Positions 57,096-64,000 are shown, counted from the stretch's first letter. The stretch: 64,000 nt of DNA from a virus (IMGVR_UViG_3300029288_007054:26446-90445), one strand, 5' to 3'. Made by a program: numbers and translations. The notes: generated from the letters alone by a model not told the origin.

Positions 57096-57889
57096 GCTCT
57101 TAATCTTTTAGCTAATCTTTCCTTAGCATCAGGATTATAATACTTAGCCTTCCGAATTGTTTCTTGCGCCCCGTTAATGTCATAATCAAAATCCTGAATA
57201 TTGACCGTCCTAGTCTCACTATCAAAAATAGCAAATGAGGTTTTGCCACCACTTCTAGGTTGACCTATAGATCCCGGATTAATTAAGCAACAATCCAAGT
57301 CAATTTTATAAGTATCTCCACATAGATGAGATCCCATATCTAAATGAACAGCTAATGGGTTAGATTTCATACTACTTATAAATGTGGGTAGGTGAGTGTG
57401 TCCAAAAAATCCCAATTTCATTTTATACTTTCTTAGTGCCGCAATACCAATCCATGCATCGCTGTTATTTAGAATGTATCCCCAATTATACTCATCTCCA
57501 GCAGGTGATTCATGACTAATATAAAAGGGCAAACATGGGTCTTCTATGACCATTTCCTTGGGATGAGAAAGCAACCATTCTTTATCTTCATCATTCAATA
57601 CCGAATAAGAATAATCTAACCCAGCCATAGCATCACTGCTCAATGCAGAAGATTCAGTATAACTTAAATTAGGAATCCTAACCCCCATGCTGTCATGATT
57701 ACCAATAATAATATGCCTGATCAAGGGATGATTCTTTACAGCATTAATACACTCAATAGGATTAGCATTGTAGCCTATTATATCTCCCAAACAGATTATT
57801 GAGTCAATCTTCTCTCCGCTAATAATATCTAGGGCAGTATTAAGAGCATGAAGATTAGAATGAATATCTGATATGATTGCGTATCTCAT
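57092..57889 (-). CDS. calcineurin-like metallophosphoesterase
   Basis: SDIHSN, LGDIIGY, GNHD, GHTH, NPGSIGQPR. Confidence 0.9.
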   Translation of the reverse strand: MRYAIISDIHSNLHALNTALDIISGEKIDSIICLGDIIGYNANPIECINAVKNHPLIRHIIIGNHDSMGVRIPNLSYTESSALSSDAMAGLDYSYSVLNDEDKEWLLSHPKEMVIEDPCLPFYISHESPAGDEYNWGYILNNSDAWIGIAALRKYKMKLGFFGHTHLPTFISSMKSNPLAVHLDMGSHLCGDTYKIDLDCCLINPGSIGQPRSGGKTSFAIFDSETRTVNIQDFDYDINGAQETIRKAKYYNPDAKERLAKRLRA

Positions 57890-57909
57890 TGCTTTAAATT
57901 ATTCTTGGG

Positions 57910-58728
57910 TTATACAGCCTTCCACTCTTTAGTGTCAAAAACAAACCCCTGTGGAATAAATCCATAGTTTTTTCCATCCCAACTAGTAAACCCAGCTCCC
58001 TTAGCGCTTTCTTTCCATGCATCTGCCTGATCAATAACATTATCCTGATAGTGTACTAACATCATCTTTTTCTTTGTGTCATCAGGTAACGTAATCAAAT
58101 CTAAATAATTAGCATGAACCCCAGATTTAAAAGACGACGTTTCACAATCATTGATAATTATATCGGCTTGTTTATAAAAATCGCTTATTTGATTAGGACA
58201 AAATTGTGTATCACCAGTATAATAAATCTTTTTACCAGTATCAGGATCAATTATCATAAGCCCAAACGAGAGAACAATAGAATACTCATCCATGATATGT
58301 ATTGACTGCACAATATGAAACTCAATATCTTCCCAAAAAAACTTACCATTTTTCTTTATCATCTGAACATCATAGAAATCTTCAAGAGTGGTTTTTTGTC
58401 CTTGTAGAGATTTTAAACCAGCCTTCCAACAATTATTCCATCCTTCTCTAATCAAATCGCTATTTCCAATCATGGTAATCTTTTCACAACCGGGAGTAAA
58501 ATGGTTAGTAAGCCCCAGCCATTCAACCCCATGAGAATGATCTCCATGAAGATGGGTAATATAAAGAGCATCAATATCCTTGCAGCCTAGCCCTATCTTA
58601 TTAAGAGAAAATCTGATGTCATCCCCTGCATCGATAAGAAGATTCTTATGATTCCTAGTAATCATGAAATTTGTTTGATTATTCTTTAACGTACCCGACA
58701 TGCCTGTACCTACGAATGTTATTTTCAT
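57910..58728 (-). CDS. MBL-fold metallohydrolase, Apyc1-like phosphodiesterase candidate
   Basis: GTG, LLIDAG, THLHGDH, YTGDT, DC...GVHA.Y, VHYQDN. Confidence 0.85.
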   Translation of the reverse strand: MKITFVGTGMSGTLKNNQTNFMITRNHKNLLIDAGDDIRFSLNKIGLGCKDIDALYITHLHGDHSHGVEWLGLTNHFTPGCEKITMIGNSDLIREGWNNCWKAGLKSLQGQKTTLEDFYDVQMIKKNGKFFWEDIEFHIVQSIHIMDEYSIVLSFGLMIIDPDTGKKIYYTGDTQFCPNQISDFYKQADIIINDCETSSFKSGVHANYLDLITLPDDTKKKMMLVHYQDNVIDQADAWKESAKGAGFTSWDGKNYGFIPQGFVFDTKEWKAV

Positions 58729-58988
58729 TATTTATTCTCCTTTGTGTTTGTTAGTTCATTTTTTATGTCTGGCCCTACCATCGTGGGCAAAAGTAACGCT
58801 GAGAAAACGATGCCATCCATTATCATATAATCAATGTCTTGCATATTAAAATAATAAACCAAAAGTGTTCGGACCAAAATAGCATAAGAATAAAATACGG
58901 CCAATGCGTTAGATATTTTCCAAGTCTCACCAAACCACCAGTCAATAAATTTAACTATTTTACTTTCCATCGCTGTCATTTTGTTCAT
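58728..58988 (-). CDS. small membrane protein
   Basis: Two hydrophobic stretches. Confidence 0.55.
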   Translation of the reverse strand: MNKMTAMESKIVKFIDWWFGETWKISNALAVFYSYAILVRTLLVYYFNMQDIDYMIMDGIVFSALLLPTMVGPDIKNELTNTKENK

Positions 58989-59371
58989 CCTCTTTGATTA
59001 TTTTTTTCACAATGTCTCTTTGTCCTTGCGTCCAGCTGCTTCTGGCATACTTTATTATATTTTAAGATCTTCTTCCAAGTCTCACCAGCTATAAAGTACG
59101 GCTTATCTTCGTCCTTAGAATGATATTCTCCTAGCTGAAGTTCAAAATCAAGTTTTATAAGTTTAAACCCTTGGGCCTGCAGATCAGATACGACTGCATC
59201 AACTATATCTTCTCCATAAATTTTATATACGCATTCCTCTTTAACCAGCTTGCTTACAACATTATCAATTGATTTTGACACCGCATTCTGAAATTCTTCT
59301 GCAGAACAATCGCATTCAAAATAATGGGGTTGATATGTCTCCCAACCAGCTAGACTTAGGGCATAGTACAT
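58985..59371 (-). CDS. hypothetical protein
   Basis: 128-aa ORF, coupled. Confidence 0.6.
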   Translation of the reverse strand: MYYALSLAGWETYQPHYFECDCSAEEFQNAVSKSIDNVVSKLVKEECVYKIYGEDIVDAVVSDLQAQGFKLIKLDFELQLGEYHSKDEDKPYFIAGETWKKILKYNKVCQKQLDARTKRHCEKNNQRG

Positions 59372-59805
59372 TATTCTTTCTCCGTATTTTTGTTAGCTTC
59401 TTCTAGAGCTTTTTTAGAGTCTTCTCTTGTTTTTTTAACCATTTCTTTCCAGTCTTCTTTCCCAAGTTTTTTTTCCATTTCAGATACCCACATTTTTTCT
59501 GCATAATGTTTATCCATCGCACAAACGGGACAAGAGCTACTGCTGCTTAAGAGGGCATCGACAAAGATATAGTATTCTTCTTCTTCCAGTAAGTCTTTAG
59601 GATCTCTTTTGATTTCCTCATTAAAAAACATGGCAAGTAGTTTCATTCTACGGGCTTCATAAAAATAATAAAAATAGACATACTTTTCTGCCTTAAGAAT
59701 TGAGTCAGGCTCTTCCTTATAAGCCTTTTCTAATCTATCAACAATTTCAGTATCTCTTTTCTGTTCTTCTTCAGGATACAAACTATCTTTTCCTATTTCT
59801 TGCAC
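59371..59805 (-). CDS. hypothetical protein
   Basis: ORF track; start moved to the GTG after AGGAGG. Confidence 0.55.
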   Translation of the reverse strand: MQEIGKDSLYPEEEQKRDTEIVDRLEKAYKEEPDSILKAEKYVYFYYFYEARRMKLLAMFFNEEIKRDPKDLLEEEEYYIFVDALLSSSSSCPVCAMDKHYAEKMWVSEMEKKLGKEDWKEMVKKTREDSKKALEEANKNTEKE

Positions 59806-60376
59806 TTCTCCTCCTTCTGCAAAGCCTTTTATACCTTTGCATATTTTCTTCTCCGGGCAAAGTAATTCCACTGTGGGCCTTAAATACAGGTACCATTCCA
59901 GCCTCTTCTCTTAGTGTGCGTAAAACATGAGGATTTGCGAATATATTAGAATTGTATCTAATGAATTCGACATAATCCAAACCAATAAAATCGCAAGCAA
60001 AAGTAGCAACTGCACCGCTCCTACTTATTCCAGCGTGACAATGAAGCACCAATGCGCTGTCTGCCAATAATTTATTAGCCTCTGTTATAAAATCGATTAT
60101 GTCTCTAGCATGCTTTCTATCAAAAATTACTGCCTCAGAATAGTCACGCTTTGTGTTTTCAAAATCTCTAGGAGTTACATCCCAAAATTCTAGAGAAAGA
60201 ATATCCATACATCCCATGCTCTTTAATTTATTTTCGACAAAAGGAGAAGCAAATATATCTCCACTATGAATTGAAATTAGATGCCAAGGTCGGTTTTTAT
60301 AAGGAAAATTTAAACCATCCATCCGTACAAACATTTCCATGTTAAAACGGTTAAAAATTTTTATCTCTTTGATCAT
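59783..60376 (-). CDS. protein-tyrosine/dual-specificity phosphatase-like protein
   Basis: HCHAGISRS (CX5R), F.DV loop. Confidence 0.85.
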   Translation of the reverse strand: MIKEIKIFNRFNMEMFVRMDGLNFPYKNRPWHLISIHSGDIFASPFVENKLKSMGCMDILSLEFWDVTPRDFENTKRDYSEAVIFDRKHARDIIDFITEANKLLADSALVLHCHAGISRSGAVATFACDFIGLDYVEFIRYNSNIFANPHVLRTLREEAGMVPVFKAHSGITLPGEENMQRYKRLCRRRRSARNRKR

Positions 60377-60417
60377 ACGGATATTATACAATAATAAAAA
60401 GAGAAAACAAGGGGAAT

Positions 60418-60978
60418 TTAAGCCCTATATTTAGCGACAGCCTTACAAAATTCTACCAAATCATTGTCTGTCATTATGTTTCTAGCATAATTAGCCATTA
60501 CAGAAACAAATCTAATATTCCCCTTGATGTAATCTTTTGAGTTATCAATCCTGTCAATGCTTGCCCGATGGCTACGATTTTCAGCATTTTTCCATCCTTC
60601 ACTTCCATATGGCAATAATAATTTCCAACCAGTAAAGGGGCACAATCCTTTTTGTTCTTGCCATAATTTTAAGAGATAATCAACGTCTATTTCGACACTA
60701 GGTCTACGTCCAGTATTTTTTAGAGTTTTTAAAAAATATTTAAACGGAGATCTTTCATCAACAGTGCGTCGTTTCTTTACCCATTTCCATGCAGTTAGTC
60801 TAACTTCATCTGACATTCTAGCTTTTAGTGTAGCAAAAGTGTTTACGGCAAGTGCACAACAACGCCTTGAACAAAACTGCTTTCTACCTAGTTTAAGGCT
60901 TCGAGTTACTTCTTTTTCTAATCTTTCAAACTCTTTTCCGCAATTCGCAAAATCACATTTTACAATCATTTTTTTCAT
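60418..60978 (-). CDS. HNH-like homing endonuclease
   Basis: N-terminal C..CGKEF...FCS..C; QKGLCPFTG, SIDRIDNSKDY..GNI..V...AN. Confidence 0.8.
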   Translation of the reverse strand: MKKMIVKCDFANCGKEFERLEKEVTRSLKLGRKQFCSRRCCALAVNTFATLKARMSDEVRLTAWKWVKKRRTVDERSPFKYFLKTLKNTGRRPSVEIDVDYLLKLWQEQKGLCPFTGWKLLLPYGSEGWKNAENRSHRASIDRIDNSKDYIKGNIRFVSVMANYARNIMTDNDLVEFCKAVAKYRA

Positions 60979-61022
60979 CTTTCATCTCCTTTTCCTATAT
61001 TGTTCTAGGTGGAGGTGAAGAT
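60977..61022 (-). promoter_or_regulatory. hairpin occluding the SD and start codon of the endonuclease
   Basis: ATCTTCACCTCC (61011-61022) pairs with GGAGATGAAAGAT (60977-60989); inner CCTA/TAGG. Confidence 0.55.
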
Positions 61023-61044
61023 ATCCTGCTTTTATATTCAAAAA

Positions 61045-61408
61045 TGGTGGAGATGCGGAAGAGTCGAACTTCCGGTCTTCAAAGTAATAACTTCAATCTT
61101 CTACATGTTTAGTCAGCACTTTCTTTTGCCCCGACAGGCCTCACCAAGATTTTTTACAAGGGCACCATCGTATCTTGTTAACCCTATAGCAACTAATCAG
61201 GAGCAGTTGCTAACTCCGTTCCTAGTAGTAATTAGTCGTACTCATCCCCGCCACTAGTATCCAGAGATTTTCCTATCGCCACTATTAGGCAGCGAGAGCT
61301 AGGGACTTTTCAGCACCTATATTTTGGAATGCTTTTATACTGGCCAACATTACCATTCCAGTACATGCCGCTTGAGCCATTTTTCTCTGAATCGAACCAC
61401 ACATCCCC
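61045..61408 (-). ncRNA. ssrA: transfer-messenger RNA (tmRNA), 364 nt, tag (A)AEKSLALAA
   Basis: 5' GGGGATG pairs with 3' CATCTCC (G3:U70), then A-CCA; T-arm GGAAG-TTCGACT-CTTCC; ATAGGT-GCT resume context; tag ORF 61285-61314 ending GCC-TAA-TAG. Confidence 0.95.
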
Positions 61409-61431
61409 ATTAAATTTTTAAAGAACAAGGC

Positions 61432-61881
61432 TTACTTCTTTTTAAAGCCCTTATTTTCCTCTTTATATTCTAAAGCTGAGCATATAGAACAAGATCCATC
61501 TCCCACCATCCCATGTTCACAGGTATGCGCCTGTTCGGGAGCAAATGCATCTTCAGGCTTATCAGGATAAATTTCTCTATAGACATTATACACTCTTTCC
61601 ATATTAGTGTCATTAACTTTTTCTGCCGTATTTTCATCAACCTTGCCACATTTCTTACAAACCTTAAAAATCAACAATGGAACAGGGAAACCACCTACCG
61701 AATCTTTCCATTCTTCATGAGGACAAACATCATAGCCATATTCTAGAGCTAAAAACTCCGATGGTTTTATTCCTTTAGCCTTAGCAGCATCACGAAAAGA
61801 AATTCTGTTACCTATCCTTTCGTCTCTAGCCTGCCTTCTTCTTGCAAGCTCATCATCAAGCTCTTTGCCATATAATTTCAC
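61432..61881 (-). CDS. hypothetical protein with HTH-like and Cys motifs
   Basis: 149-aa ORF, coupled. Confidence 0.6.
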   Translation of the reverse strand: MKLYGKELDDELARRRQARDERIGNRISFRDAAKAKGIKPSEFLALEYGYDVCPHEEWKDSVGGFPVPLLIFKVCKKCGKVDENTAEKVNDTNMERVYNVYREIYPDKPEDAFAPEQAHTCEHGMVGDGSCSICSALEYKEENKGFKKK

Positions 61882-62207
61882 GTCTGATTTTTCCTTTCGT
61901 TTGCTTCCTTAACCTTCTTAGCTAACATTTTTGTGCCCTTATCTGCCAATTGTTTCCAAGGCCCCTTAACAGCATAATAAAGAACAGCTGTAACTTGAGC
62001 TGTCTCCTCATCTTCTTTATTGGCAAGTAGACACGAAGGAAACTGCGTCTTCTCCAATGTATCCCAAAGACACTGACTCAACAAAACATTCAGAACTTCC
62101 TTTGCTCCGATTTTATCAATGGCCAAATTGATAATTGATGGAATATTAACAGTAGTTTCTATCTTTAGGGTTTTGTCAATAGGCTTTTTGTCAATAGGCT
62201 TTTTCAT
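61878..62207 (-). CDS. hypothetical protein
   Basis: 109-aa ORF. Confidence 0.6.
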   Translation of the reverse strand: MKKPIDKKPIDKTLKIETTVNIPSIINLAIDKIGAKEVLNVLLSQCLWDTLEKTQFPSCLLANKEDEETAQVTAVLYYAVKGPWKQLADKGTKMLAKKVKEANERKNQT

Positions 62208-62212
62208 ATTTT

Positions 62213-62311
62213 TTACCTTTCATGTCCACAATCCTGACATACCCATTTACATACTCTGGTTACAGGATCACAAACCTTAACCATCGTTCCACCGCATTTA
62301 GGACATTTCAT
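62213..62311 (-). CDS. 32-aa zinc-ribbon peptide (MKCPKCGG...WVCQDCGHER)
   Basis: Manual translation; GGAGG SD; CxxC...CxxC. Confidence 0.6.
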   Translation of the reverse strand: MKCPKCGGTMVKVCDPVTRVCKWVCQDCGHER

Positions 62312-62314
62312 ATT

Positions 62315-62575
62315 TTATTCCTCCGTATTATCTTCTGACAATGCTGCGAGTCCAAAATTAGCAGCGAACCTATTTAGCTGCTCCTCTACGGAAAGAAGAA
62401 TTCCGGGCAAAACAAATCCTTTTTCAGTCTTGTCTTTATCAGTGAGGACATTATCTAAAATATTTTCCCAAGCTTTTTCTAAAATTCTATCAATTTGTTT
62501 TTCTTGTTTAGGTGTTATTCCGTGGTAATCTTGATCTGATATCGCCCTCTTACTCTTTTTATTCTTTTTTTTCAT
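62315..62575 (-). CDS. hypothetical protein
   Basis: 86-aa ORF. Confidence 0.6.
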   Translation of the reverse strand: MKKKNKKSKRAISDQDYHGITPKQEKQIDRILEKAWENILDNVLTDKDKTEKGFVLPGILLSVEEQLNRFAANFGLAALSEDNTEE

Positions 62576-62594
62576 CTTATTTCCTTTTCTAAAT

Positions 62595-62670
62595 TGGAGG
62601 CTCTGACGGGAGTTGAACCCGTAACAGTCTGATCTAGAGTCAAACGCTCTACCAATTGAGCTACAGAGCC
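62595..62670 (-). tRNA. amber suppressor tRNA (anticodon CUA), 76 nt, encoded CCA
   Basis: GGCTCTG/CAGAGCC acceptor, GCTC/GAGC D-stem with GG, TTTGA-CTCTAGA-TCAGA anticodon arm (CTA at 62635-62637), ACGGG-TTCAACT-CCCGT T-arm, U73. Confidence 0.93.
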
Positions 62671-62687
62671 TTATTTTTTACAAGAGC

Positions 62688-62715
62688 ATTATACCTTATA
62701 TCTTATAAAATGCAA
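62688..62715 (-). promoter_or_regulatory. sigma70-type promoter for the suppressor tRNA
   Basis: TTGCAT-N16-TATAAT about 17 nt upstream of the tRNA 5' end. Confidence 0.6.
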
Positions 62716-62724
62716 GCGAAATCT

Positions 62725-63156
62725 TTACTTATTTACTGCCGAACCTCTAAACGTATGAAAGTATCTTAATGGCCTGAATTTCCTGTCGCCTATATAAAAT
62801 GCCCATTTATGATATGGCTTTCCGCAAATTAACAATGTCCAAGCCCCTTCCTTGGGAATCTCTAAGTAATGCCTCTGTAGGGCTCTAGAATGCCATATAG
62901 AAGGCGCTGAAACCTCAAACCTGCCATTAGGGGTCACATTCGCATATTTGCCCTTTAAAACGATGGATATGAATGAGCACGAATGGTCATGAAAGAACCT
63001 TGTGTCATCAGACCTTATCCAATGATGAATTCTGATTGAATAGTTAAAAAAGATAAACATCCACCTATAAAGGTAGGGGTCATTCTTATCTCCCATCGCT
63101 TCTTTCCAACGAATCTGAAACGGTCTAAATTTTCTATAAGGTTTCATTTTTTTCAT
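62725..63156 (-). CDS. cupin-like phage protein
   Basis: PYLYRW, IHHWIRSDD..FHDH...F.S.VLKG.Y, HYLE. Confidence 0.65.
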   Translation of the reverse strand: MKKMKPYRKFRPFQIRWKEAMGDKNDPYLYRWMFIFFNYSIRIHHWIRSDDTRFFHDHSCSFISIVLKGKYANVTPNGRFEVSAPSIWHSRALQRHYLEIPKEGAWTLLICGKPYHKWAFYIGDRKFRPLRYFHTFRGSAVNK

Positions 63157-63165
63157 CCTTTAAAA

Positions 63166-63323
63166 TGGTCAACGTAGGGGGTAACGATCCGCCCTCATTC
63201 GCAATCCGGTTGTACATTCCATCATGCCGACCGCAAACTAACTTACTTGCCTAGGCCATTCCTTTAGTTTGCATGTCTAACGCATTATGTTAAATAATGC
63301 CGCTCTCCTTGAGCTATACGTTG
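63166..63323 (-). ncRNA. 158-nt tRNA-like RNA with 88-nt structured insertion in the variable region
   Basis: CAACGTA/TACGTTG acceptor plus A-CCA; GCTC-AAGGA-GAGC D-arm; GCATTAT-TTAAC-ATAATGC hairpin; GGCGG-ATCGTTA-CCCCC T-arm. Confidence 0.8.
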
Positions 63324-63335
63324 ATATTTAATTTT

Positions 63336-63411
63336 TGGTCAGGGCTTGCGGAGTCGAACCACCATCTCTCTACGTGTTTTGTAAAGTGCTCTCCCATTGA
63401 GCTACGCCCCG
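63336..63411 (-). tRNA. 76-nt tRNA-Pro-like RNA with non-canonical anticodon arm (pseudo/decoy tRNA)
   Basis: 5' CGGGGCGTAGC, 3' CCCTG-A-CCA, normal D-arm and TTCGACT loop; 6-bp stem with AAAACAC loop lacking U33. Confidence 0.75.
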
Positions 63412-63419
63412 TTATTTTA

Positions 63420-63875
63420 TTACATAGATTTCAATACCTTATCGGCTCTTTTCTGAATCTCCACTTTAGTCAACTCTGTAATCTTATCTTCTACGGCCTT
63501 TTCAATATATTTATCTATTGCATCAGCCTGAATAAGTTTAGAAATTCGATCTTTAACCAAATCAATTATTATGTCGTTGACTTGAGTGAAAGCGTTATCT
63601 TTAATTGTTTTTTTAATATCTGACGACAACTCAAAACTATTGCGTTGTCCCCAAGTATCTACCTTTACCTTTCCAATTTCCTTCTCAATAATTTTGACAG
63701 ATGCATCCTTAGCTTCTTTGATCTGAGTCTGAAGAAACTCATCCTTCAAAAGGGCCATCATATGTTTATTCACAAAGTTCATAATGACACCTTGTTTAAG
63801 CTGAACCTCTAATTCATTATCATCTTTGAACAATCTTTCCAACGCAGGTGTATCTAGCGACATTTTAATACTCAT
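63420..63875 (-). CDS. hypothetical helical protein
   Basis: ORF track; start MSIKMS. Confidence 0.6.
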   Translation of the reverse strand: MSIKMSLDTPALERLFKDDNELEVQLKQGVIMNFVNKHMMALLKDEFLQTQIKEAKDASVKIIEKEIGKVKVDTWGQRNSFELSSDIKKTIKDNAFTQVNDIIIDLVKDRISKLIQADAIDKYIEKAVEDKITELTKVEIQKRADKVLKSM

Positions 63876-63877
63876 TT

Positions 63878-64000
63878 TTATTCTCCCCATAATTTAAGAC
63901 CAGAGAACATGTTACTATCAGTAAGACAAGCAATGGCCGTCATCTGATTACCAAGATCAGGCTCTCTGAAACCCGTCCATTTCATATTTTTTTTATTCAT
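63878..64000 (-). CDS. C-terminal fragment, possibly phage peptidyl-tRNA hydrolase (Pth2-like)
   Basis: ...WTGFREPDLGNQMTAIAC...LKLW; frame is open to the window edge. Confidence 0.4.
   Translation of the reverse strand: MNKKNMKWTGFREPDLGNQMTAIACLTDSNMFSGLKLWGE

Noticed and set aside
62595-62670. tRNA-Pyl
   Set aside because: It has a canonical D-loop GG, TTC T-loop, 5-bp anticodon stem, 5-nt variable loop and U73, unlike tRNA-Pyl; no pylSBCD genes are in the window.
63166-63323. Group I intron in a tRNA
   Set aside because: The 88-nt insert is too short, and I could not find P/Q/R/S core elements.
1-64000. Wholesale TAG recoding (code 15) suggested by the CUA tRNA
   Set aside because: Long genes are intact under code 11. 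14 ORF-track genes end in TAG at natural C-termini, and read-through nearly always hits another stop within a few codons. Recoding elsewhere in the genome is not excluded.
1-64000. Reduced bacterial (e.g. CPR) chromosome
   Set aside because: No ribosomal protein, rRNA or envelope genes in 64 kb. There are many tiny orphan ORFs, homing endonucleases, a gp32-like SSB, phage-type dNMP kinase and strong single-strand coding. Phage is more parsimonious, though not proven without capsid or terminase genes.

Overview
This AT-rich, densely coding 64-kb window is almost entirely on the minus strand and is best read as part of a very large (jumbo/huge) tailed phage genome. It carries a nearly complete bacterial-type replication and repair set (DnaE, beta clamp, DnaX, delta-like subunit, primase core, LigA, TopA, RecJ, SbcCD, RecA, gp32-like SSB, UDG). 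It also has two sigma factors (one clearly SigH-like), a tandem SpoVS and nucleotide-metabolism enzymes. Candidate counter-defence enzymes include NADAR, a macrodomain, an HD alarmone hydrolase, an RlaP-like nucleotidyltransferase and an Apyc1-like MBL hydrolase, alongside several HNH/homing-type endonucleases and many small hypothetical ORFs. The right end holds an RNA cluster that the ORF track misses: an intact tmRNA (tag AEKSLALAA), an amber (CUA) suppressor tRNA with its own promoter, a 158-nt CCA-ended tRNA-like RNA with an 88-nt structured insertion, and a 76-nt tRNA-Pro-like RNA with a remodelled anticodon arm. TAG is still an ordinary stop in this window. Four endonuclease genes are preceded by structured leaders at or near their translation starts, including an apparent bistable pseudoknot switch (10388-10545). 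Several genes appear to be leaderless (TATAAT-N6-8-ATG). All calls come from motif recognition and manual base-pairing; no database searches were run.
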